Shown in pieces: positions 9,052 through 18,487 of a stretch of 21,168 nucleotides of DNA; positions within the stretch are counted from its first letter, which is position 1, and the number at the start of each line of letters is the position of its first letter. The position numbers and the translations under genes were made by a program. This DNA is from Fimbriimonadales bacterium (GTDB lineage: Bacteria > Armatimonadota > Fimbriimonadia > Fimbriimonadales > JABRVX01): the NCBI GenBank assembly GCA_045862955.1, contig BTVI01000049.1:1-21168 (forward strand). Reading direction: 5' to 3'. The notes beneath the pieces are model-generated. The model searched no databases. It was not told where the DNA came from and saw only the letters and a list, made by a program, of their open reading frames with translations.

Positions 9052-9992
9052 TGGCCGCTGTCGAGACCCATGGTCTCAGAAAGAAGTTCCGCTCGCTCCT
9101 CGGGAAAGAGCTGGTAGCAGTGGATAGTCTGGATCTCGTCGTCGAGCGTGGCTCGGTTTTCGGCTTGTTAGGTCCGAACGGCGCCGGAAAGACTACTACG
9201 ATCCAGATGCTGCTAGGAAACGTGCGGCCAACGGCAGGCTGGGGAACGCTACTAGGCAAGCCGCTCGGGCACACTGCTACCAAGCAGCACATCGGCTTCT
9301 TGCCCGAAAAGTTTCAGTTTCACGACTTCCTCACGGCAGAGGAGTTTCTGTACTTCCATGGCCGCCTGGTCGGTATGGAGTGGACAGACCTGCGCAAACG
9401 CACGGACGAGGTCCTGCAGACGGTGGGTCTCTCCGAGAGGCGAAAGAGCCAAATCCGCGAGTTTTCCAAGGGAATGCAGCAGCGCATCGGTCTGGCACAG
9501 GCAATCCTGCACCAGCCGGAGCTGGTGATCTTAGACGAGCCGACGTCTGCACTGGACCCGATCGGGAGGCGCGACGTGCGTGATGTGATACGCCGCCTAA
9601 AGGAGCGCGGCGCGACCGTCATGCTGAACTCGCACCTTCTTTCCGAAGTCGAGATGGCATGCGACAGCGTTGCTATCATCAACAAAGGGAGAGTGGTGCG
9701 TCACGGCACACTAGACTCGCTACTCCTAACTAAGTCGGTTGTCGAGGTGGAAGCGCGGGGGGTTACCCAAGCGGCTCTCGCAGCACTGAATCGGTTTGCG
9801 CGTGTGATGTCATGGGATGGTGATCGGTACACGGTGGCTGTCAACTCGGATGAGGATATCCCGGAAGTCGCCGCCACACTCGTGCGCCACAACGCTAAGC
9901 TGATGCAGATGCACTACCAGCGAGAGTCGCTCGAGGAGCTCTTCATTCGCACGATCGAGGACGACGCTCAGGGAGGCTTGAGTCGTGCGTAG
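9048..9992 (+). CDS. ABC transporter ATP-binding protein (ABC-2 exporter type)
   Basis: Walker A GPNGAGKTT, signature FSKGMQQR, Walker B LVILDEPT, H-loop NSHLL. Confidence 0.95.
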   Translation: MMAAVETHGLRKKFRSLLGKELVAVDSLDLVVERGSVFGLLGPNGAGKTTTIQMLLGNVRPTAGWGTLLGKPLGHTATKQHIGFLPEKFQFHDFLTAEEFLYFHGRLVGMEWTDLRKRTDEVLQTVGLSERRKSQIREFSKGMQQRIGLAQAILHQPELVILDEPTSALDPIGRRDVRDVIRRLKERGATVMLNSHLLSEVEMACDSVAIINKGRVVRHGTLDSLLLTKSVVEVEARGVTQAALAALNRFARVMSWDGDRYTVAVNSDEDIPEVAATLVRHNAKLMQMHYQRESLEELFIRTIEDDAQGGLSRA

Positions 9993-10824
9993 CGTCTTGC
10001 TGATCGCTTCCATAACCATTCGTGAGGCGTTGCGCCGCCGCGTGTGGCTTGGAGTTCTGGTCATCTTGGTAGGCCTCGCTCTAGCAGACTTCACCATTCC
10101 GCCTGGGATGCAGCGGCACTCTCGGTTCGGTGGGGACAGCGCCGAGCGGCTGAAGCACGGTATCGAGATGGCGCAGTACTTCGGCACCAGGATCATGCTG
10201 TTCTTCGCTAGCATAATGGCCATCTTGCTCGGTGCCAGCCAGGTATCGGCAGAGGTCGAACGGGGCACCCTCGCTACTATCCTCGCAAAGCCGATCCGTC
10301 GGGTGCAAGTGCTGCTCGGCAAGTGGCTCGGGTTGGTAGCATTCGGCGTGTGTGTGATCCTGTTCTGCTATAGTGTGAACTGGCTGGTGCTCGGCCTACG
10401 TTACGGCTTCGGTGCAGGAGCCACATTCAATGTTCCGGCGCTCTTGGTCATGCTGCTGTATCCTACGCTATACGGCACCATAACGATGGCTTGGTCGTCC
10501 TTCGCAGGCATGGCACTCTCGCTGCTGCTGACGGCGATGCTCTACGCGGCCACTTTCGTGGGTGATGGCATCGTGCAGCTCATTGCCCAAGTAACGGATA
10601 ACAAGTCTCTCAAGGACCTGGAGATCCTGTCGAGATGGGTGATCCCTCATCAACGACTCGGAGAGTGGCTGTTCAGCCTGGAGAAGGGCTTAGCGACCAC
10701 CATCGTGCAAGCGATCCGTGGAGTCCCCGAGGGTACTCTGTTCGACAAGCTCTACATATTCATCTATATCATCGCCTTCTTCTGGTTCTCCCACCTGATC
10801 TTCTCCCGCCGCGACGTGCAGTAG
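9985..10824 (+). CDS. ABC-2 type transporter permease
   Basis: IASITIREALRRR, EVERGTLATILAKPIRRVQVLLGKWLG, about 6 TM segments, C-terminal FSRRDV; overlaps the ATPase stop. Confidence 0.9.
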   Translation: MRSVLLIASITIREALRRRVWLGVLVILVGLALADFTIPPGMQRHSRFGGDSAERLKHGIEMAQYFGTRIMLFFASIMAILLGASQVSAEVERGTLATILAKPIRRVQVLLGKWLGLVAFGVCVILFCYSVNWLVLGLRYGFGAGATFNVPALLVMLLYPTLYGTITMAWSSFAGMALSLLLTAMLYAATFVGDGIVQLIAQVTDNKSLKDLEILSRWVIPHQRLGEWLFSLEKGLATTIVQAIRGVPEGTLFDKLYIFIYIIAFFWFSHLIFSRRDVQ

Positions 10825-10918
10825 TGTGCGTTGCGAGAGCCTAGCGCTGTGACCGTGACTTGCCGTAGTGTGCGTTGCGATGGCCTAGCGCTGTCGCCGT
10901 GACTTGCCGTAGTGTGCG
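10821..10918. repeat. 44-bp tandem direct repeat (about 2.2 copies) starting at the permease stop codon
   Basis: GTAGTGTGCG at 10821, 10865 and 10909; unit GTAGTGTGCGTTGCGAnnGCCTAGCGCTGTnnCCGTGACTTGCC. Confidence 0.9.
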
Positions 10919-10935
10919 CCCGCGCCGCGCGCTGC

Positions 10936-11672
10936 CGTCATGCTGAGCCTGTCGAAGCATGACGGCGGCAGCCGTCCCCCCGTCGCCTCCCCTCCCACCC
11001 CTCACGACCTTTGTTAGCCGCGCGCCCCGCACGCTGCCGTCATGCTGAGCCTGTCGAAGCATGACGCCACGAGCCGCGTGTGTCCTTCCCTCGCCACTGC
11101 CAGAGGATAGGTCGGTAGGAAACCGTCATGCTGAGCTTGTCGAAGCATGACGCCACGAGCCGCATGCGTCCTTTCCTCACCACTGCCAGAGGATAGGTCG
11201 GTAGGAAGCCGTCATGCTGAGCCTGTCGAAGCATGGCAGCGGGAGCCGTTCCCGGTCGCCTCCCCTCCTACCCCTCACCACCTCTGTTAGCCGCGCGCCC
11301 TGCCGGAACGTCATGCTGAGCCTGTCGAAGCATGACGGTAGCAGAGGGGAACGCACCTGCTGCACTCCGGGGCGTGCGGCCGGCGGGGTCATGCTTCGAC
11401 AGGCTCAGCATGACGGTCCCACAACTCATCTTAGCGAATCGCTGCGCGCGTTTGCTAAGAGCATCCAGGTTGGGTCATGCTTCGACAGGCTCAGCAAGAC
11501 GGTTTGGGACGCTGCGTGTGCGGTGCCTCCTTCCCAGTGCCCCACCCTCTAGCAGATGCGAGCGTACGCGTCTGTGCTAGTCGCATGCACGCTGCCCTCA
11601 TGCTTCGGCAAGCTCAGCATGACGGTTTGGGACGCTGCGTGTGCGGTGCCTCCTTCCCCGTGCCCCACCCTC
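10936..11672. repeat. Cluster of eight CGTC-tagged REP-like palindromes (BIME-like mosaic)
   Basis: Consensus (C)GTCATGCTGAGCCTGTCGAAGCATGAC. Forward copies at 10937, 11039, 11125, 11211, 11310; reverse copies at 11388, 11474, 11597. 8 bp stem GTCATGCT/AGCATGAC; linkers are themselves repeated. Confidence 0.9.
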
Positions 11673-11766
11673 TCGCATCGCCGAGAGCGAGGGGCCTCGG
11701 CCGTCCTACCGACCCCGTGCGGGTATGATCTGTGGCACCACGCACGATGGCGCGAGGAGGTGCTCG

Positions 11767-12933
11767 ATGCCCCGTTCCGACCGACTCCATGACTTCGACT
11801 TCGCAGCGCATAACACCGAGCAGGCGCGAGCCTGGGAGGCCTTTTGCGCCGGCAACCCCTATCGCGTCCCCATCATCCTCGGCGTCAACTCGCGCTACTT
11901 TATGCCTATTCCCGAGGCCAACCCCGAAGCGGTGGACTTCCGCGCGTACACCGAAAACCCCGATGTAATGTTCGACAGCCTGCTACGCTTCCAGCGATGG
12001 AGCCGGTTCAACCTGCTACAGGATGCCGAGCTGGGCTTGCCCGACAAATGGGTGATAGGACTGGACTTCCAGAACTACTACGAGGCCGTGTGGCTCGGCT
12101 GCCCGCTGTACTTCGCCGATGGAGAGGTGCCGGACAGCCGCCCCGCGTTCCGTGACAATCCCGAGGCGCTGCTCGAGCGCGGTATTCCCGATCCCTTCTC
12201 GGGTCTCATGGCGAAGGTGTTAGAGTACCAAGAACACTTCGAGCATCGTGCGCAAAATGAGGACTACCTCGGCCGCCCGATCGAGGTAACACCACCGTGG
12301 TGCGGCTTGGGTACCGATGGACCTATGACTCTCTGCTGTAGCCTGTTCTCGGCAGACCTGACATGTACCCTGTTAGCCGAAGAACCGGAGCGGATGGAGC
12401 GTCTGCTGACGTTCGTCACGGATACCATCCTAACCAAAACCGTCGCCTTCCGCAAGCGATACGGGGTGGACCTGCCAATGGACAATCTGATGATTGCAGA
12501 CGATAGTATCGCCCTCATCTCGACACACATGTACAAAGAGATGATCCTGCCGCACCACCGCCGTATCTACGACACACTCGCTACTCCGGTGGGTCGCGGC
12601 ATCCATCTGTGTGGTAACGCAACGCGACACTTCCGCACACTCATGGACGAGTTAGGCATCGTCACGTTCGACACCGGCTTTCCCGTAGACTTCGGTGCGC
12701 TGCGCCGTGAGTTGGGCCCCAGGGCGCGCATCTGGGGCGGCCCACACATCGAACTGCTGCGAACCGCCACGCCGAATGAGGTCCGCAGCGAAGTCCAGCG
12801 CATCCTAGAATCCGGAATCCTGGACGGCGGCATGTTCGTTCTACGCGAGGGAAACAACCTCGCCCCGCACACACCCATCGAAAACACGGAGGCGATGTAC
12901 CACGCGGGTCGAGAGTTCGGTGTGCTATCCTGA
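11767..12933 (+). CDS. Uroporphyrinogen decarboxylase (URO-D/MtaA-like) family protein
   Basis: GAGGAGG RBS then ATG at 11767; GTDGPMT, IADDSIALIS, ILPHHRRI, IHLCG, IWGG, GMFVLREGNNLAPHTPIEN fit the URO-D/CIMS-like TIM barrel. Not a canonical HemE. Confidence 0.8.
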   Translation: MPRSDRLHDFDFAAHNTEQARAWEAFCAGNPYRVPIILGVNSRYFMPIPEANPEAVDFRAYTENPDVMFDSLLRFQRWSRFNLLQDAELGLPDKWVIGLDFQNYYEAVWLGCPLYFADGEVPDSRPAFRDNPEALLERGIPDPFSGLMAKVLEYQEHFEHRAQNEDYLGRPIEVTPPWCGLGTDGPMTLCCSLFSADLTCTLLAEEPERMERLLTFVTDTILTKTVAFRKRYGVDLPMDNLMIADDSIALISTHMYKEMILPHHRRIYDTLATPVGRGIHLCGNATRHFRTLMDELGIVTFDTGFPVDFGALRRELGPRARIWGGPHIELLRTATPNEVRSEVQRILESGILDGGMFVLREGNNLAPHTPIENTEAMYHAGREFGVLS

Positions 12934-12949
12934 CGGGGTGCGCCGCCTC

Positions 12950-13942
12950 TTACACGAGTCGGTGTGAGGACGGACCGAACTCGGCCACGTAGTACTCGGC
13001 CGTGTGGGTGCCGGGCGGGGCGATGGCGTCAATCGCCTTGCGGTCCTCATCCGTGATCTCGATGCTCAGCGATGACAGGTTGTCTTCTAGCTGTTCCATC
13101 GTCCGCGGACCGATGATGGGTGACGTAATCCCTGGTTGAGCCGCACACCATGCCAGCGCCAGTTGGCTGGGGGCCACCCCTCTCTCACGAGCATACTTGT
13201 TGAAGCCCTCAATCACGGCTTCTGCGCCAGGCCCGATGTGACGAATCGGCTGTGTCTGACTATATCGTGCACCCTCGGGCTTCGAGCCACCCAGGTACTT
13301 GCCAGTTAGCAGGCCGCCGGCAAGAGGCGACCAAGGTAGCAAGCCGATCCCATACGTGATACAGCATGGCACCAGTTCCCGCTCGATCCGCCTGTCGAGT
13401 AGGTTGTATGGTGGCTGCTCGGTCACGAAACGGTTCAATCCTAACTCCTTCGCCACCCAGATGGCCTCGGTAATCTGCCACGCTGCGAAGGTGGTAGTGC
13501 CGACGTAGCGCACCTTGCCGGCATGGATCAGGTCGTCCAGCGCGCGCAAAGTCTCGTCAATCGGTATGCTGGGTTGTGGGCGGTGAATCTGGTACAGGTC
13601 GATCCAGTCGGTCTGCAATCGCTGGAGCGAGGCTTCACAAGATTGTATGATATGACGTCGGCTGTTGCCGAAATCGTTCGGCTCGTCGCTCATGCGCGCG
13701 TGCACTTTGGTAGCAAGTACGATGCGTTCGCGCAGCCCACCCGCAAGCGCCTTTCCGACTATCGTCTCGCTCGCACCTTTGCCATACACATTGGCAGTGT
13801 CCACGAAGTTCACGCCCTGCTCGATTGCATGGTGGATGATCTGGATCGACTCCTTCTCCTCGGTGCCCCAGCCGAAATTCATGCAGCCGAGGCACAGCTT
13901 GCTCACCTGCACTCCGGTCCTGCCCAACGCAACGTACTCCAC
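12950..13942 (-). CDS. Aldo/keto reductase
   Basis: LGRTGVQVSKLCLGCMNFG, DTANVYG, LATK, SLQRLQTDWIDLYQIH, PWSPLAGGLLTGKY, PIIGPRT; GAGGAGG RBS. Confidence 0.95.
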   Translation of the reverse strand: MEYVALGRTGVQVSKLCLGCMNFGWGTEEKESIQIIHHAIEQGVNFVDTANVYGKGASETIVGKALAGGLRERIVLATKVHARMSDEPNDFGNSRRHIIQSCEASLQRLQTDWIDLYQIHRPQPSIPIDETLRALDDLIHAGKVRYVGTTTFAAWQITEAIWVAKELGLNRFVTEQPPYNLLDRRIERELVPCCITYGIGLLPWSPLAGGLLTGKYLGGSKPEGARYSQTQPIRHIGPGAEAVIEGFNKYARERGVAPSQLALAWCAAQPGITSPIIGPRTMEQLEDNLSSLSIEITDEDRKAIDAIAPPGTHTAEYYVAEFGPSSHRLV

Positions 13943-13970
13943 CTGACTGCCTCCTCAGAACATGTTGCTG

Positions 13971-14009
13971 CAAAAACGAGGGCTCGCAGGCTCGCGACTC
14001 CGAGCCCTC
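13971..14009 (-). terminator. Rho-independent terminator after the TPR/HEXXH gene
   Basis: Minus strand GAGGGCTCG...CGAGCCCTC stem followed by GTTTTTG, 9 bp after the stop at 14019. Confidence 0.6.
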
Positions 14010-14018
14010 CATCACATC

Positions 14019-16565
14019 TTACTTCAGCCCGCCGATGTCCAATAGGTCCGCTTCGTCCGTTGGTAGGCGATTGCCCAGGAACGTGTCTACCACCAGCACG
14101 ATGCGACCATTCGGGCTATCCTCGCGAGGCACCAGGAAGTAACCAATCACCTGGTCCGCATGGCGCTCGATGCCCCGCTTTGCGGCTTCCGGTCGCACTG
14201 GCATTAAGCGCAGGAAGACGTCGTACGCTTCCGGTCGCAAGAACAGCAGATCTCGAACCTGTCCGCCGCGCGAGTATCTAACAACCGCTGCCATCTCCTT
14301 CGGCGAGAAGAACCAGTTGAGCTGGTTGTTCAGTGCCGTCTCGCTCCGGTCGGGCTTACCGATCACGTATCGAGCGATGGCAGGATCGACGATCTCCTTG
14401 GAAAGGTCGAAGAAGATGTCGTCGTTGGCTGTCATCGTACGATATCCCGTAACATCACGCAAGTCTTGCAGCGTGAGCTCGGGTAGCAGCATCGTATAGT
14501 CGTCTGCTACCTCCTCCCACCGATACGTCTTCGGAGATCGCGCGTTGAACCGCTCCAGCCTCGGCATCGTGAAGTCCGCCGGACGCGCTGACTGCCACCG
14601 AAGCCCAGGCACCTCGCGGTTCAGATGGTCGCAGAAACGAACCGAGAAACCCCAGCAGTCCTCGCGCTCTCCGGGGATCATCCAGTCCTCCCCGTGTTGC
14701 GCGTTGGTGATCTGCACCATCAGGCTGTTCCACCCTGGCTCCAGCATCACCGCTGCCGACACCTGGTCCTTCTCCTTCGCTTCCTGGAACAGCACGACTG
14801 CCCAGTACACGCCCTTGTGAACGAGCCGACCGTTCAACCACACTCGGATGTTGTCGTCGGCACCCAACCACATTCGCACCTTCTGCTTCTTCGGCGAATA
14901 CACGTAGGTGTGTGCGAAAGCGAAAGCGTTCTTCGGCGCATCGGCCCACAGCTTCTTGAAGTCCACGTAGCCGTCTTCTACCACGGGCTTCTGCGTTAGG
15001 CTGGCAATATCCGGCGGCGTAACGGCGGCAGTCTTGTCCCGAGCCTCGCGCGAGAAGCGGTCATCCACCTTGTCCGTGTCGGCCATCAATCGGAACGGTC
15101 CAGAGACCAGCCAGTCCTCCACGTGCTTGGTAGTGTATGGATCGCTGCCACGAAGGAACTGATACATACCGGGAGTGGTGTAGTAGCGGTTACTCGACTT
15201 GTGCCCCATGCCCATGCTGGAGATCGGCTGGAACCCACACCAGTCGGACGAGTGGGTAACCGGCACACCGATGCCCAACTCGCCGGCAATCAAGGCCCAG
15301 TCCAGCGAGTGATTCCACTCATGATACATGACATCCCACTCACGCAGCCCCATGTTGATAGAAGCGGAGCGATCGGGCCCGCAGTCGTGGCCCATGCAGT
15401 CGGACGCCCCCCAGCCAGTAAACTTGAAGAACGCCTCGGTGCTACCCCGCTCGAACAGTCCCTGGAAGGGTCTGGGATCGGTGTGGGCAGTGTTGTCGAA
15501 CTCCTCCTCGTACACCTTGTAGGTGTTCACCATCCTCAACCTGCCCTTCGACACCGCCTCCATAATCGTGGAGCACCACCCCCACACTTTGCGCACGTAG
15601 TCCATCTGCTCGTCGGTAATGGTGAGCACGCGCGTGCTGTCCCCATCCCGAACGCGAAACTTCTTGAAGAAACCGATGTGGTTGCGGTAGGTGTTCGATC
15701 CTTCTCTCGGATACAGGTCAGCGGCCTTCTGATAGTAGGGAATAATCTTCTCCATCCGCATGTCGAGGTCGGAGTCGCGATAGGCGAGTGCATCTGCCAG
15801 CATGAACCACGCGTCCGGATCGCGAGGCATGAGTTCGGTGGCTCTGCGGAAGCTGTCCACCGCGAGGTCCCAATACCCACCGTACATACAAAAGAGGCCG
15901 AGATCGTAGTAGCCGCGGCCTGTCTTGATCTTAGCGAACTGCTCGTAGGCTGCGGCCCAGCGCGCCAACCGTCGTAGCAGTGAGGCGGCCGCGGGCGTCT
16001 TGTCGGGCGTCACTCCACCCAACAGGCGTGCGCGCGCCGCCGGGTAGGCACCTTCCCAGAAGCGCAACACGCCGTCGCGATAAGAACCCGGAGTGGGCAG
16101 CTTCGACAGGTCGCCTACCAGCTCCACTCCCAGTTTGTCGGCGTCATCCGTGTAATACACCTTGATTCGTGTGCCGCGTGGTAGGGTGCCTCTCACCTCC
16201 ACCTTCACCTCGCGCTTGCCCTTGGTAAAGGTGGCAGGCACGAAAGTCACCGCGCCGAGCTTCCCGAGCGCAACACCTTCCACGGAGAGGTCGTATGCAC
16301 CCGTCACCTTGCCCGGTCGCACGAGCACGATCTGGCCCATGGGGATGTCGAATCGCGTTTGGCGCGGCCTCACGGTGAACGTAGTGACTCCGGAGGCGGG
16401 CACTGCGCTGGAACCGGAAACGTAGCGGAACTCCTTCTCACTCGCGGCGTCACCCACGCGCAACTCACCACACGGTAGCCAGAATGCGTAACCATCGTGC
16501 GGGTTCTGGGCGAAGACGACTGCCGCGCAAACTGCTGCTAGCATAATCCCAATAGCTCTCGTCAT
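14019..16565 (-). CDS. Large secreted protein with TPR repeats, HEXXH zincin-like motif and beta-sandwich (PA14-like) domain
   Basis: AGGAGA RBS, ATG at 16565, signal peptide ending VFA|Q; TPR-like GYYDLG...AVDSFRRATELMPRDPDAWFMLADAL; YHEWNHSLD; AFAHTYVYSPKKQKVRMWLGADDNIRVWLNG. Confidence 0.75.
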   Translation of the reverse strand: MTRAIGIMLAAVCAAVVFAQNPHDGYAFWLPCGELRVGDAASEKEFRYVSGSSAVPASGVTTFTVRPRQTRFDIPMGQIVLVRPGKVTGAYDLSVEGVALGKLGAVTFVPATFTKGKREVKVEVRGTLPRGTRIKVYYTDDADKLGVELVGDLSKLPTPGSYRDGVLRFWEGAYPAARARLLGGVTPDKTPAAASLLRRLARWAAAYEQFAKIKTGRGYYDLGLFCMYGGYWDLAVDSFRRATELMPRDPDAWFMLADALAYRDSDLDMRMEKIIPYYQKAADLYPREGSNTYRNHIGFFKKFRVRDGDSTRVLTITDEQMDYVRKVWGWCSTIMEAVSKGRLRMVNTYKVYEEEFDNTAHTDPRPFQGLFERGSTEAFFKFTGWGASDCMGHDCGPDRSASINMGLREWDVMYHEWNHSLDWALIAGELGIGVPVTHSSDWCGFQPISSMGMGHKSSNRYYTTPGMYQFLRGSDPYTTKHVEDWLVSGPFRLMADTDKVDDRFSREARDKTAAVTPPDIASLTQKPVVEDGYVDFKKLWADAPKNAFAFAHTYVYSPKKQKVRMWLGADDNIRVWLNGRLVHKGVYWAVVLFQEAKEKDQVSAAVMLEPGWNSLMVQITNAQHGEDWMIPGEREDCWGFSVRFCDHLNREVPGLRWQSARPADFTMPRLERFNARSPKTYRWEEVADDYTMLLPELTLQDLRDVTGYRTMTANDDIFFDLSKEIVDPAIARYVIGKPDRSETALNNQLNWFFSPKEMAAVVRYSRGGQVRDLLFLRPEAYDVFLRLMPVRPEAAKRGIERHADQVIGYFLVPREDSPNGRIVLVVDTFLGNRLPTDEADLLDIGGLK

Positions 16566-16632
16566 GTCGAGTTCTCCTGTCTCTTTCGACTGCCGCCGCA
16601 CAGCAGCAGCCCGCTCAGGTCTTCGAGGAGGG

Positions 16633-17499
16633 TCAATAGTCTACGGGTCGTAGGTAGTACTCGCCGATGGCGGTGTCGGACAGAACACACACCGTCGGTA
16701 GGTGCCGCTTCCAGTGTGTGGAACCGAGCCGAGCGCGCGCAATCTCCACGTCCTCCGCGCGGAATCCCATGCGCGTCAGTCGGTCCGTCCTGACTCCGCG
16801 CAGCAGGTAGTACAGAATGCGGTCCAGCTTCGCATAACTGATCCCGAAGTCGTCCTCGTCGGTCTGTCCTTTGATCAAGTCCGCCGATGCGGGCTTCTCC
16901 ACGATCACCTCAGGAACTCCTACGTGCCGTGCGAGCTGCCAGACCTGCGTCTTGAAAAGGTCGCCGATCGGGTTTATGGGGGGTGAATCGTCGGCATGCC
17001 AGGTGAAGTAACCCATCAGTCGCTCGGTCTTGTTGCCCGTGCCGATGGGCAGTGCATTCAGCTTTACCGCCTGATCGAACAGGACGATCATCCGTTGCCT
17101 TGCGCACACATTGCCCAGCCGTGCGGGAGTTATGTCGGGCTCGTGAACAGCAACGTAGCCATCTACCGCTGCAGTTATGTCCACCTCTCGTCCATGGCAT
17201 CCGAGCGTGTCGACCACCAAGTCCGCGTGTGCCACGCTCTCCGGACTGCTCACCTTCGAGTAAGGCATCTTGAAGAGGTGCACGTGCTCTGGCCCGAAGG
17301 CTTTGGCACACAGAAAAGCTACTAGCGCCGAATCCACCCCGCCCGAGACTCCCAGCACAGCATTCTGAAAGCCCCTCCGGTCCCTCACCTCGCTGCGAAG
17401 GAACGCAACGAGCCAGGCCGTCACCAGCGAGGGGTTGATACGTAACATCTCGTCCGATTCGGCTGTCACGGTCGGTGCGATGTAAACCTTAAGAGACAT
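16633..17499 (-). CDS. nadE: NAD+ synthetase (synthetase subunit only)
   Basis: LGVSGGVDSA, GNVCARQRM, GTGNKTE, GYFTWHAD, NPIGDLFKTQV, ASADL, QTDEDDFG; start 17499 (alternative 17448). Confidence 0.93.
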   Translation of the reverse strand: MSLKVYIAPTVTAESDEMLRINPSLVTAWLVAFLRSEVRDRRGFQNAVLGVSGGVDSALVAFLCAKAFGPEHVHLFKMPYSKVSSPESVAHADLVVDTLGCHGREVDITAAVDGYVAVHEPDITPARLGNVCARQRMIVLFDQAVKLNALPIGTGNKTERLMGYFTWHADDSPPINPIGDLFKTQVWQLARHVGVPEVIVEKPASADLIKGQTDEDDFGISYAKLDRILYYLLRGVRTDRLTRMGFRAEDVEIARARLGSTHWKRHLPTVCVLSDTAIGEYYLRPVDY

Positions 17500-18406
17500 C
17501 CGTGGAGTCCTCGACCAAGGTGCCAATCTCCGCTACGACGTCTCCCAGCGCACTACGCAGATCCGCGAGTAGCGGCGAGTTGAGCCGTGCAGTTTCGATA
17601 TCGCTCGGATCGCAGTCTGCTACTAGCAGCGCTTCCTCGGTGGTCGGCGCCTCGGCTATCACTTGGCCTAGTGGATTGACGATCATGCTGCCACCGATCA
17701 GCCCCTTGCCTCCCTCGAAACCGACCAAACTCGCGTTGAATACGAACACGCTGTGCTCCTCGGCGGCAGACACGACCAACTGGCGGTACTTCGCCAGATT
17801 CCCTATCACCTCGCCGGAAAAGCCACGCCCCGGAGAAGCAGTGAGGAGGTAGACAAGCTGTGCGCCCCGCAGTGCCACGATGGTAGTGCTTATGCTGTGC
17901 CACATGTCCTCGCATATCAGCACCGCCGCCCTGCCGAAGCGCGTGGGGAATGCCCGGAAGGTGTGTCCCCGCCGCACGAACCTCCCCTCGTCGAATACGC
18001 CGTAGGTGGGCAAGAAGAACTTGCGATGCACATGTGCGATACGGGAGTTTCCCGGCGCCAGTTCGGAGTACAGGGCGGAGTTGTATAGGTGGCCCTGGGA
18101 AGCCTCGTAGAAGCCGACCACCACGTCCATGGGCCGATTGATCCCGGCAGCCTCATAGCTGTGAACCACGTCGCTGTGAAGCTGCTCCGCTGAGACGGCG
18201 GCTTCCCCTACGCCGCCCTCCAAAAAGTAGCCCGTGACCGCAGTCTCGGGAAACACGACGACGTCGGCAGGCGGCTCGAGAGTGCTCGCCTGTGCCAGGA
18301 CCTCGGCCACTCTCTCCAGGTTCGCGGGGTAATCGGCCTTCTTGGGGCGGATCTGCGCGGCCGCAACTCGGAAAGGCGCCGGAGAAGACCGGAGCGGCTG
18401 CTTCAC
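17489..18406 (-). CDS. Carbon-nitrogen hydrolase (nitrilase fold), probable glutaminase subunit of NAD synthetase
   Basis: Catalytic E-K-C motifs VFPETAVTGY, HRKFFLPTYGVFDEGR, ICEDMW; overlaps the nadE start. Confidence 0.88.
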   Translation of the reverse strand: MKQPLRSSPAPFRVAAAQIRPKKADYPANLERVAEVLAQASTLEPPADVVVFPETAVTGYFLEGGVGEAAVSAEQLHSDVVHSYEAAGINRPMDVVVGFYEASQGHLYNSALYSELAPGNSRIAHVHRKFFLPTYGVFDEGRFVRRGHTFRAFPTRFGRAAVLICEDMWHSISTTIVALRGAQLVYLLTASPGRGFSGEVIGNLAKYRQLVVSAAEEHSVFVFNASLVGFEGGKGLIGGSMIVNPLGQVIAEAPTTEEALLVADCDPSDIETARLNSPLLADLRSALGDVVAEIGTLVEDSTDVS

Positions 18407-18487
18407 GAGCGCGAGTCTACCTCGGGCCCGGCTTCAGGAATCGCCAACGTGCAGCCGACAATCCGAAATGTAACGGAAGTAACGCAT

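Noticed and set aside
10937..11623. CRISPR array
   Set aside because: Repeats occur in both orientations, linkers are 51-96 bp and repeat each other, the same repeat occurs inside a CDS at 176-282, and there are no cas genes.
10841..11811. Several short ORFs beginning MLRQAQHD or MLSLSKH
   Set aside because: These are translations of the REP palindrome, not credible genes.
13523..15977. Long plus-strand ORFs 13523..14281 and 15123..15977
   Set aside because: Antisense shadows of the aldo/keto reductase and TPR/HEXXH genes.
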